From: Candidatus Cloacimonadota bacterium
Lineage (GTDB): Bacteria; Cloacimonadota; Cloacimonadia; G963667145
Assembly (NCBI GenBank): GCA_963667255.1
Contig: OY762940.1
Location: 384,001-448,000, forward strand
Direction: 5' to 3'
DNA length: 64,000 nt
In this document: positions 24,001 to 27,272 of the stretch, piece after piece
How positions within the stretch are numbered: position 1 is the first letter of the stretch
How the letters are laid out: each line of letters opens with the position of its first letter
Program-made: the position numbers and the translations under genes
Notes under the pieces: model-generated
What the model was told of the DNA's origin: nothing
The model's database searches: none
What the model saw: the letters and a program-made list of their open reading frames with translations, nothing else

Positions 24001-26722
24001 CTGTAGCTCCCACCTCTGAACTATTGATAACATTAGAAGAGTTTCTAAAATTCAACGCCTTAAAATCGGATAAAGTATCTTCCCTATAATACAACCAATA
24101 TTGCGTTGCAACCGAATTTCTCTCAAACTTAATCGTAATCTTAGCCGTATCCCATCCGAGAGATGCACTAATCAATTTTACAGGGGCGATAGAGATATAT
24201 CCCGTATCAGTGCTTGAAAAAATTCCTGATCCACTTTGAGCAGAATAATCTGTTCTATCAGCTTGCAAATAATAAATATAATACCTTGAGTTCTTCACCT
24301 CTTTGGAGTCGGAATGTGTCAAAGTTGTCTCGGTCGCACAAGTAACAGTTGTCAGCAGCGTAGGATTCTCCAACACAACTCTATTGGAATCCAAAACACC
24401 TCTGTAAATCTTATATTTTTCTGCTCCCCGACTGGGGCTCCCTGTCCAACTTACCTTAATCTCGTCAGAATAGCTCCCTTTGCTCACACTCAATCCCGTA
24501 GGAGCTGGCAACTTAGAAAATCCAATCACGGTATCACTGGTAGAAGACTCTCCCACACTTGGCAAATAAGCCGTCACAAAATATCTATAAACTTTACCCG
24601 GGACACCTGAATAATCACATCCTGAAGTTCCTGAAAGACTAAAATCGGTAAGTTCAACAATGGAATCCGCACTCGTCCCAAGAGGAAATCTGTAAACTTT
24701 AAATCGCATCAAACTATTGGTAGAAGAACAATTCCAAGACAATTTAACAAAACTCAAAGAATCTTTGGTCGCAGACAAACCAGTAGGAGCGGTAATATTC
24801 GTAAAAGTATCTACAGATAAATAGTCAGACATTCCGGCATAGCTACTGACAGCTTTAACCCAATAAGTATAAGAAGTAGCCGAAGAAAGACCCGTATTAG
24901 TGTATGTAAAATAACTCTGCCCTCCATCAGTAAAAGTAGCAATAGGCGTAACCCTGTTATCCCTATACAAGAGATAAGAAGAAGCACCCGGAGAATCTCC
25001 CCAAACCAAAGAAATACTATTCGCAGTGGTAGCAGAAACTTTAAAACTGTCAGGAGCCCCTATTCGCGACCAACCGGAATCAACATTAGAATAATTGGAA
25101 GTATTAGATCCTGCTACAGTTTTAGCCGCATAGCAATATTTAGTTCCCTTTTCAAAGGAGGATTGAGAAGACTTATTATGGATAAAACTGAACGATGAAG
25201 AACTAGAAGTAGAAGTTCCCAGTAAAGATAAAGCTTCTATACCTTTACTCTTATACTCAGTAAGAGTAGCATAATAGAGTTTACATTCAGTTATTCCCGT
25301 AGGTGCTTCCCAAGTAATTTTCAAAGTATCTGTAGATTTAGTTGCCGATAAATTGTATGGCTCTGCTATCGGCAGTGAACCTTGGATAGTGCTCGAGAAA
25401 GAAGAATAAACATTAATGCCAGTAGTAACCACCCTTCCTGCTCTAACCTTAAATACATAAGTATATCCCTTGGTTAAAGTAGGTTCAGAAAGAGAATAGC
25501 TTGCTATAGAATCAGTAAAAGTAAGATACGCATTATCCAGTTTAAGAGTATCAAAAGTCGCACCCAACACATTTTTGGCATACAACAACTCATAGAATCC
25601 AGCATTACTAACTTCTCTCCAAGATATTACCAACTTCCCAAGTTGTAGCGTATCTGCAATACTACTCGGAGTACCCACACCACAATATCCAACATTCAAC
25701 AAAACGCCATCAGAGCTTTTCGCTGTGCGAGTCTTCTCATCGGACTCCCCTTCATTAACAATACACCTAACATCATAAGTGTACATAGAACTACTTGAAG
25801 AAGGTGTATGGAATATCTGGCGACTATAATATGCAGCATCCTGATCTTTGGTAACAGTCTTTAAAAGTTGATAAACTTGATTAGTTAATTGATTGGTTAA
25901 TTTGCCATAAATTTTGTACGCAGAAACCCCATTAACAGCTGTCCAACCTACAGAAATAGAATCAGAATAAGTCCCTTTGGAAGCTATTACCGTGTCAGGA
26001 GAAGGTATTTTGGCAAATCCAGTCACATACGAAGACAAATCTGATTTGATAAAAGTATAGTTTTTAGAAACAACCTGAATAGCAAAATAGTAAGTGCTAT
26101 TAGTCTGTAATCCCGTAATAGAAATTCCCGTATTGCTTATATTTTGTAGATCTTTATACGAGCTCGAAGAAGTTGGGATAGAATCGTTTGCATAATAAAT
26201 TCTATAAAAGAAATCTGTAGAAGTGTAGTTACTCATCTCAGAAGAAGCCGACCAAGACAATTTAATAGTATCTTCGTATGTTCCTTGAGAAGCTGTTAAA
26301 GAATTACCGGAAATTGTATTAAGTTTAAAATACCCGTAAGCTACAGGACTATATCCTGAATAGCCTCCGTCTTTAACCTTTCGAGCCTTGTAGTAATAAA
26401 CCTGACCATACTTAAGACTACCGCTACTACTATACTCATCCACATAAGTTTTAGCACCCGAACCGGAAGAAATCTTAACAAAGCTACCATCTACCGACTC
26501 TGACCTATACAAGTCGTAAGTTGTGGTTCCTGATGTTGTGCTACCGGACGAATACCAATTGACAATTATATAAGTACTGTAAGTACCCTTGGAAACAGAC
26601 ACAGAGTCAGGAGCATCAACAGAATTGTCTGTGGAGACTACATCCGTACAGCTAGCAAAAAACAGCAAAGACAACAAGCAAAAAAACAAAGAAAAGCAAG
26701 AAAACCTTCTTAAATTTTTTAT
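1..26722 (-). CDS. Giant surface lipoprotein (at least 8,900 aa, 3' end outside window): lipobox, tandem fibronectin type III-like repeats (~26640 to ~2100), GLUG-motif repeat region (~2070 to 1)
   Basis: The same minus frame reads as coherent protein wherever I translated it (26650, 13400, 7300, 2900, 1). The ORF track lists no long minus-strand ORF here, as expected if the frame has no stop within the window. N-terminus (I/M)KNLRRFSCFSLFFCLLSLLFFAS-C-TDVVSTDNSVDAPDSVSVSKGTYSTYIIVNW. Recurring P..ASKGT..D.I.I.W...Y.IYR...Y.D...G..YYY.V.A...D.G[YWF] pattern. Distal YVGGLIG/VGGLFG/FGGIAG/VGGLVG motifs. Start uncertain (ATA 26722, GTG 26773 or TTG 26689). Confidence 0.92.
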   Translation of the reverse strand, partial: MKNLRRFSCFSLFFCLLSLLFFASCTDVVSTDNSVDAPDSVSVSKGTYSTYIIVNWYSSGSTTSGTTTYDLYRSESVDGSFVKISSGSGAKTYVDEYSSSGSLKYGQVYYYKARKVKDGGYSGYSPVAYGYFKLNTISGNSLTASQGTYEDTIKLSWSASSEMSNYTSTDFFYRIYYANDSIPTSSSSYKDLQNISNTGISITGLQTNSTYYFAIQVVSKNYTFIKSDLSSYVTGFAKIPSPDTVIASKGTYSDSISVGWTAVNGVSAYKIYGKLTNQLTNQVYQLLKTVTKDQDAAYYSRQIFHTPSSSSSMYTYDVRCIVNEGESDEKTRTAKSSDGVLLNVGYCGVGTPSSIADTLQLGKLVISWREVSNAGFYELLYAKNVLGATFDTLKLDNAYLTFTDSIASYSLSEPTLTKGYTYVFKVRAGRVVTTGINVYSSFSSTIQGSLPIAEPYNLSATKSTDTLKITWEAPTGITECKLYYATLTEYKSKGIEALSLLGTSTSSSSSFSFIHNKSSQSSFEKGTKYCYAAKTVAGSNTSNYSNVDSGWSRIGAPDSFKVSATTANSISLVWGDSPGASSYLLYRDNRVTPIATFTDGGQSYFTYTNTGLSSATSYTYWVKAVSSYAGMSDYLSVDTFTNITAPTGLSATKDSLSFVKLSWNCSSTNSLMRFKVYRFPLGTSADSIVELTDFSLSGTSGCDYSGVPGKVYRYFVTAYLPSVGESSTSDTVIGFSKLPAPTGLSVSKGSYSDEIKVSWTGSPSRGAEKYKIYRGVLDSNRVVLENPTLLTTVTCATETTLTHSDSKEVKNSRYYIYYLQADRTDYSAQSGSGIFSSTDTGYISIAPVKLISASLGWDTAKITIKFERNSVATQYWLYYREDTLSDFKALNFRNSSNVINSSEVGATAEISYTFNAIDAGISKGSFLILAMKAYNPDKRNIASSDGASSLGNQKPSYLKFLPPTNCKAVKGGITNVNVTWDSSYAKEIDGYEVWKKKTNVATDAFAKICTTSSLNCLDVSYDRGTMYSYKVRAYSSSLQNKIKALLGVDSGLVVSEFSNIDSGFVSLSDISSFSVSGDNATADADSIFMTVGLVGVGANYSFYQRVKGTTGAFTKINLAKSVESSTSYKGSWLAPDRKQYEIYAVATSGHIKDDGKEDIHYSDTLVGYRAPEPADSLNASKFTYDDTIKVTWKNKNSAIYYDVKRVILGSSDDPVLLSKITIGSSGLTDDGSGNITYVDHNVVEGKAYLYYVNSYCSKYGYTGYSVLKNSTDSVRATGYVLFDEVDVVKASDGVSYKYISVTWDSVPFADSYAIYRILNSSTSKNNIGSYSRVTVDSCKYYDVPTNTEEYLYRVQPIKWLNGTRFVATMNKSSFTTDPVGWLALTPPTMVSTTTDSVDFITVKWNAYTGASSYSLYKQEVSTYGTAEPTLLVSSLTGTSYTDVIAKSNAGLGYYYYTKATTSAGKVTAMSDRSSVGSARLYPVSLLEMTALAADEKVRIYWKAADNTDSLKVVYKSTSSFNCTKTFPSNFENWDTILKEGEMGYATITSIGKYNKSVEVRDSVLSPLQAITVNSYSRGKVDTIQISVTPNKPPYLIAIYRYPSYSDCIDGTNYTRIAFSVNGSASVANTQAWVQSENTYLLNDISSDILKGKRYFYRVYYTISSDARNWSPLSTYNNNSYGWCLPETPVLVDATQDSLGYILINWRKVSYGDGYKLRKSWVVNGERKYDTIAATNSYTDTTYSDVAIIPGKFYTYSVQSFVQMDAAYSKFSNQDSGYARLVAPEITATKGTLSDTVSLTWKIESGEKAPGAGAEKFVIKRGATSSNLATIATINAGSLTNIVYSDTLGHKTTYGIFYYRVYSVAGSLQSTGSNLDSGWVKLLPCTNIQASDGTYKDSVVVSWSVPVATYLNQIIYSVYRDGNFLGSDTGVTKYTDKSFVASSKGIVHTYTVSYKHPVFGTSSMSAMDTGYTRLETPRAPSASDNDENINGIKVFVYIVDNADSMYVCRKKSGATNIDTVYRFNADGSFIDTAVYSGVTYGYYSVAWNKLVGFSDTSYHDTGCAALFPPVITVSKNESYDTVKITWKDYEQKVFNVYRDTVTIKPSTPINVTPLSSVGEYLDTAISAGKVYYYWVQATANSQTKISDMGYGYLKLSKPKFLSCTKGTIVDTIRLSWFGLEKVERYLFRRYQGDVSNSVYIDFELKKSDCIQKGDTLIYYDKDILVNDMFYHYVFKYRFTEESPNLDVTSEYSDVDTGWKKPACPKNFSVSKGLNTDTILVSWGTSDLSSNDTVFVYRASTVNGFTDSYLKAVVGNVGKYVDSSSSLSKGIKYYYKLRKKTRSFGYSLFTDVDSGYLLLAAPSNVSASDGLYLDTIRLRWDTIPYATGYKIYRWFDVAVKSEIEVNITKQDSVYVDTALTGYSGLKVYYKVMAYNALSATNVRSSADSGFSQLPAPSSLSASSGTNYYSVNLVWGLVNRASEYVLLSSANNSSFTAIDTLTSSSASDSVGRRIDYGTVYYYKVFARNELTKSLADPYINYSNVDSGHASVPATTILSASKATYLDSILVVWSSQKNISKYALYYDTIQDTETYKKIATFTSLSDTVACVNSTNLSSLTRDKKYFFKVRSFGKNDSSVLSSSVYGYLALAAPATPIPSRDSVDFIKVKWLKGNYSNGYSVYRISPTKDTALLDLTTTAFGDSLYAKDISALPGTFYKYYLIGKGNLSVSLKSAVSDSGWRQFEAPVVDVETAEDSLINKKLIVKWNTWAANVNKMTLEYSVHSDFSSPTSSSFVSSAVTRTVLSSINPAKMYYVRAKVYRNETLGDLISSPYSAVDSGYCRLDTLTNLKATKAVWKDKIILKWDTLASTNVGWKKYKIHRNDLSDDGAFVTTLDSYVDTDVKAGVFYYYKVKVVTQRFSESHYSAVDTGYLSLPKPVLSSVTQVSGKDSLKLVWSYDALPASMVDSFIVYRLDSLKSPYSPSVFGLKKSNLSVTSSGGKSVYTWTQGNLKRGKNYFYYLQASSTSISNKSEMTDTLSGSLALGASETLIATRGDFKDSIKITWTRALDGQSYLLYRSMAIDGFSVGMDSLAVLGALDTVYIDSIKLNAVPNRGNPYFYSVRTKNVDNANATHYSGFSPANFGFASLDTVKGFTVAKAQDASVVKANWNSVKVSGYSPFYTVRWLSVARGGSVVDSLVTTDTSVDLRSNGAFGSRLSQGTIYYFNVSAEVRFVSLKDTAYSKVSVIDSGYTSVPAPTLSATYGTIVDTIKITWTQLSSFMVDSVKIKWSANKSNWDSVVVKYRVATDTVYSLAVDSTLMGIPVYIKARFEGTVGGSDYSSTVTGASKLRGPKNLTASKGVSTDSLTLTWDNYLGSRVVADDNTGNYLIYMSDSANGTFGESQKIKEMDKTEAGIYNYRFNLKSVAGSIPGILYYFKVGGTTSITPADSLSNVDSGFILPPKVYISGCSDKRNGEILVSFSISSTVTKDSVAYKNYGMQIEVQRKKTATGSYVLVDSFQGLDTLSFIDTSSEVEAGIDYYYRVRLHSKRLANAVGGNKSLSSSPWTDSVLGKCAVSLSNIQLVSADTFYTDSIRLKVLLPRGVDSIFVRRVNEAKTDTTLIAKIKATDLSVPLASYFRLTDKNLTNGKLYYYYVKTKKNTETSEWVGPVKGYTKLDTCVNLAVSKGAYKSKIKLTWNAKSDAEGYSIVVKDVATGKDSVLISNVTSVTSSVEQFVDSLAYKFICGYRYTLGVSAYSYKFNSKRVHSDTVWGVGYLSPADIDSVWVSQNLTDSVQVKVRYRGGYNFAIWRKLRGGSFAAISSPAWVSTAVGTADSYYVFMDSLGGSASRVNGAYYYYKIVASRSGYNGVSDTLNTETLSKPGYSRIDTVGIVEINYPQADSLSIKFNRANLDVKSLSNVRYRLYRYSDQAYTTLLDSTALTDTATVVYAADVANKLKKGVPYWFRVRSEAYETANDGVAYSVSPLSSALKKGGIILPKPSMGAITVTDTGNLVKWNNYPANVGALDSIRLYRSISGSAFTLLTTLSKTTLASASNVFVDKITSYGEHVRYYIQTVINNTNDSKQVSVASDTLATYCYLPAPDTLRVGTGGYADTIKISWKWGATDYDGNVDSFILNRYKSGSLEKTYTVAKTPKEMYDTASVINGINYVYSLKSKKNNTPSYLPVISTDSIMDTGYARFAPPDTLFATVTGHSITLSWGYKNGKANMASDVQYLFVRDTSQSDTWQGKIMDTVVTGPDTIYVDNDNLIHGSVRWYKVAAFNDISKEKVLSKPVRGYSILDSVVFTRYDRGVNDSIIVVKWNKLSVHKAFFVEWSAYGDVDANTGKFLYPLDSCGSYSTYTYTTDSAIIPIKEDSLTGRRIFVRVWAKNDFGTSDGALAIGWTKLSSPSLIKVTDGELKNKLSIKIKRSTVAAKDNSTTYQLSYVRNKSELFVNGSQNIVLSSANFSADTLLDTIDVSSSYAGYVYYVGVRALNDLYNSTSAVIIDSGYSRIPSVGLSTVTPAQQGFISLSWVKKDIGGDTLKYLLCKAKKGVTTFDTIDTLYDGTASTKITYLDSNVVAVENYEYYVYTYAPNRFGVLYSDSSMHVTNYAKVGYVDSIRQVANSYKYDTISLAWKSLQDVDSYIVYRSDDNRVANCVVLDTVKATTYLDSSEKLKLNPGKIYYYWVAGTRKSDIGPISTTGVGAFTKLKRITMVEASKGSSAGYISLKWSMSSLATGYNVFFDTLGSSGYSLLSKVGVEADDTTYSFTLTDYSSKFAQGEKYLFRVQPVNSYCTAAISDTSVVVDTGFLKLSSVDSFYFYYDSIRYDTIKLNWAVKKTANLRYYIYRSSTRGGTKTLLDSIGVDTGYYYDKDVKTGGIERGKPYRYYITTALKGFEGAESDTVEVLTYNLASSISIYSGAWSLLGEPTGLKPSGVFNYTTKDNVADSSFSDSIVVKWRKVANARHYYLVADTAKDFKYSDALYKKTISTGDTTYKFVVPELKVENLGQLLYFKVAALNFLDNYDASKARFTAPVKGFALLLTADSLRLDSLESNKFILKCKTVKNADRYELYKKNAGGVFVAIDSATVPRIVDTSVIPGDNGCYKVRVYNDSTGYSAYSDSLAVSTSPLPPSGVTATNGVSSDTIFVSWNIDSLVQKVDSFVIYAKSINLVSDPSRIDSVHADFTKTKDTLFDASLNRTVGEKYLYSVKSYRNGKSSVMSDVDTGWKKIPNIKGVIADTVGPSVDFVTVKWNAIVSLCERGKYLLKRVSSSDTIYATSLADTVYKDYTATKGMAYKYYVKAYNPDYLNINSSVETWSGQSSDGFVSVNWSDSTFGGKRFVTPVLTVKKSDTLLVDTIKLSWVANNLATKFLLAYDTLIGFSSSYCDTLTIRNNTAKDTCSYNFIRSPLVQGKSYYFKLRLVDSGGAETVWDSVSSYWSAVDSGWSKLSPLSNVSATDSITDSILVRWGKSSVANVTYEVKIISDNASPKSVKVTNDTSYKFESKYAEGKKKIVVRQTHTIYGSSAWSDTAEGIGKQNPPTFSVRPSKGKYYDSIYFEIMEVSSLIGKMNYRVYIDTNKAQTNFANTTVLTGFYDTIKGAATYSLKGSVFTDSSWYGKKLYFRVASQVQGFDRFSDKSIVDSGWTKLVPPTSVDTFGVGSLDTAVLGIKWTKVANAENYAVERTRYNENSYLALDTVVDTFYLDTIVLSKRNQAFLYRVRAFNDLSALVGSDGILNSDSKYSYLTDTLYTKVYEVKNVVATKGVHFDTVKLSWKGIVDEPYTVIRRQRNSSGVLELAGKVAYHNGQKTSVGFVDRVVADSGLQPGKWYYYNVYLSGDKAIYRDSVDSGYGRIPALSTSDVWVNNDTANISTSLGIDPKSFDSIIMISINSGKTYIDSVRVDTISNGAFGHVYTISVRGATVTDTFKYRVKNFGELDSFKLKIVNDVVSDTYLTLASFTPLQPPDTVTVVNSGTYLNRIKLRAVKNVRNTKSIDSVVVLRADWNNSSITNKIVRAFDVNKDTLNDTSMVQGKYYTYKVAYYNKVTGLSQYSSSFDTGYAKLQAPVFDTVSRGTSTDSIIVRWNKINDAVGYRLYRRMDNGHDSLLVNEGTLDDNTDTVYNDKAEYLSCKFIRYRVQAAGVNVNSDTSDLDSGYRAFDRVTNLAFLGKRVDTISLGFSISNQISLVTSFGDNGVKLYRWDNVENTTDTTGRSVDAANYTVNHSTSGDIKSYVINDTSSALQMGKLFFYKVVVKVGSEVSRISDFAYGYLALSTPKKPDATFGTKIDSVKILWDTMRGIEKYQLFRKELATNSKYSVVLSDSTVVDYYGGNLFSKDFEPGRFYAYSLRYVCDIKQDTVVGNQTGNLDISLVSPESGTDTGWSEMPPLNATQVYGYNDTVWIEKSSPLSINSRVVDRVSITVYPVNSYARETFVYRKLFSEPYSAFTIFDTVTSNGVVVDTTLTRGKRYSYRFKVKNDTLSADTFDIVSYTYLKTMDTLKILSSDTSGIKLSLKSMTGNTVVDSYQVRKRRKSDLTIMETYRITGNLSTYLDSVVTQGVAYYYAISSYNDTTGLSPYSTDTLVHRDVSVPKIDSISKGTYSDSITLVWSKVEAATKGYMILRDSTGTGGNPLTKYDMLFRSNFGATNADTTFVDTNDYVSYTNVYYSVVALGKEYNSKPSAVDSGFLKYTGIKDLKFVSMSDLKVDTIKLTYSLPAKLIAFGIDSIRIFRYDTVATATSANLNERYRVETIKAGFATSMSYSDTSSAIKRGNFYFYLVDVFPKGSVTSDKVSNMVFGCTKLAPLDTLVATKATYTPKAIKITWSKVKNTVGDTATNYCLFRSTTDGNLADSLYLTGSDTTFVDTASFVIANGYGVRFASPISVGREYLYKVRPIVNISEDTAAGAKKSMIFTSAYTKVDTGYTKPDAPVLVSVSKGIAGDSIRVRYTTPTYGDSIILFRDSLNISGDNWQKVSALTFGAVERNWYDKKVFPGMRYQYKIKSYKGVAVDSSGIDSGYVGLHSPDSIVVVDNGLYSDSVRMRIYTNDTTASIIDTIIIKRGQAYLGVLSAYDTIVAKGYSNKYFSYVDSGVGLHGLDYIYTAAFKNIVSTSDFCTVIDTGYRKLDSVTIDSVSKGVFFDTIKLIWHKSNDALQYLILRDSTTGSNGRIFTKYDTLAFTSVSKASADTTWNDVTKYGAFKKVYYMVLAVGIDHNSVYSSIDSGYYKYSGVTDLKFVSLNIPKIDTMELNWSYTADIYPNLDTTLIFRYDSLKHTDSVREGSIYNVTSSVNSSSLGIKNIACDTSASLLIGNVYFYRVVAKIKGGELTNASNLVYGYLNVPKVKNVVASDGLKDTLRISWSMVASVLGDTVDNYYISRYIDGVADGEISVTGGDSVYIDSATEKRFNTTTFKGRGYTYKVRAVVNISEAIPNSLFEKTLISEYSVADTGYIFPEPAVLHSVSKGTKIDSIYLTYSTPQYIDSAVLYRMQKGYTWGRLDSLPVNAPAWTTYIDSSSNLIPGERYYYKIKTFRFSVVDSCKADSGYALLNVPGNFKVVYDSNRYAPNFADTSRIKLTWDTIKFGSGFQILASKSGTPSLANCDSLALISSSSDTSYLFIPKEFANNNDSINKYNFAIRAYRANGTDSVFSALSKVISGAVRSLSVSNIRGSNATYSDRISLIWDLPRYGKADIQGYEIYRQKDTEAFSLLATLSTADVTNDTIYYDAYDLSKGHIYHYKMKTIYAGGKSTSIFSDTSTFGALPLDKVNLRASKGKTTGIEVQFDTVAGSSFFYLYRNENSKSFGSVYKKLSLSSGNITKSNDTLTYKDTDVLEGHLYFYQLKAAMVVGTDTVYSLPETDHGYKYLHLDSVDVQIDSGGISVKWLKSKNVGTAMPTSYSLYKKTDNGNWKVVDLTGKLDTTVITSPADTLYKYLDTAVAFWTNYDYRLYAHLSYDGTTITHPSDTLAQRYGFKWSGKFDSLSATQGTSNDTITVSWKRIKVSSWPTDYDLLKGVEKAPDTVTAYILSRCNVNTGLVELDTVAPSEMKKTVVGADTFYTYYDKSGTGTLSAPVSGEAYNYRVKGMVSVNKSPDKFYSTDSIFHKLKGTGWLKGTAAAIKAIHLHYDNDGRIDGYEIVWKGTGKTVEGYVIEKDTVPTFASAVADTINLSSTLKDILFTDSSYFDYQSKDLPGDLGTLCVGRVYYYRFKEVNNFNFGVYSRFSDSLWSQYKYDSITRTAYLNLPEDYNNFAKTLASGVFGTRSLNVKILDNIAFDTLPLVPLGTAAYPLKGHFIASNKSVRFEKFSSAVAGSDGNYLAMIGIADSLLVDSLSVVLDGSSAVGGTNIAVLAGESRNSKYKDLRLTLNEITLTTLNKSAGLIASSKLDSLNGIVIIGGGSSFKGGTVGGVIAESKGLYARNIQVSNISALTATNYAGGFIGNFDSSAVDLNISGIKLNGIGALTGVKVGALAGAIIADSFYINDIGVSIVTAYKQYGSSKFYGGIVAGILSGKGSVSAVTATNIGTMTSTGSTSDSVFVGTIGSLDNSKGYVNLNNISVNLPSAVSSFSSSKGNYYGGLIAKGSIADSLHIKNITLTGGGITVASLTGDSYFGGIAGLISGKGLVTIDSVTSVGIDLSCGNGGTSDSLWIGAAVGSLDTVVVGKITVGETVDITGNLGGTSSVGGLFGEVDNVTFGSNQNISIPLSLSFTGRSTKGSYVGGLIGHAGKVTNLLSKHLDVTLKKFTVTSPNATGNYVGLLMGKCDEWNKGAIDSATWYSESISESNVSISVGGSSKVGLMFGGLALNTTDSFKVYNVSKISPVFGGSATSYFGLLAGELTGNHDIIIKTQNCDNVEFAFSGASGRIVGGLVGALRDADLRRSDLESSSFTSSGGKTNLGVLVGEMSGSASIEECYAFNAVVSGCDSVGML

Positions 26723-27272
26723 ACAAAACTCCTTACTGAAATTACAGTCGACATCAAATAACTTAGTTTGCACAAATTTTCACAATATCCATCCATATTA
26801 CCAACGATTAACAAATGAAAGAGTTGTCAACAAAAATTATGTTTTTTCAAAAGAGATATCCACATATGGCTAACACCCTAAAATGTAATAAGATATAAGT
26901 TCTCTTCTCACATAAAATAAACATTTTTTGCTTATTTTTGAACTCCTTTTGCACAAATTTTTATCCAATTTTCACTTTTATTCTCCTATCTTGTTTTAAG
27001 TAACTGCTTAAATTTCAATAAAATACTATCTTAGTTTAAATTTATAAGTCTTTTTAGTATTTTTTTCAGTGTCTTGCTTTTCAAAGTGTTAACTATTACT
27101 TTAATTCCAGCATCTTACTCCCAAAAACACCATTTTCTGATTTTTCAGCTCCCACAACCTTTTGATGATTTCCCTTTTTTCAGTAAAAATAATGATTTAT
27201 CATCTTTTCCTTTACAAATATACCCTACTCCATTGCAATTGCAAGCAATATCTTGTCGCTTTAGGGGGAAAA

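Noticed and set aside
2100..26640. CRISPR array or DNA-level tandem repeat
   Set aside because: The periodicity is at the protein level only; I saw no identical direct repeats with spacers and no cas genes.
1..26722. Possibility that the region is non-coding, a prophage, or uses a recoded genetic code
   Set aside because: One standard-code frame reads through wherever checked, and neighbouring genes terminate normally with TGA, TAA and TAG.
696..26873. Dozens of short plus-strand ORFs (and a few short minus-strand ones) in the ORF track
   Set aside because: They are antisense or off-frame shadows of the giant minus-strand gene, with no RBS or recognisable motifs.
27162..27272. N-terminal extensions given by the ORF track (aminotransferase; also MATE 41711, abi 48102, xseA 31599)
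   Set aside because: Downstream starts fit the RBS position or family N-termini better, and the extensions overlap other genes or regulatory structures.
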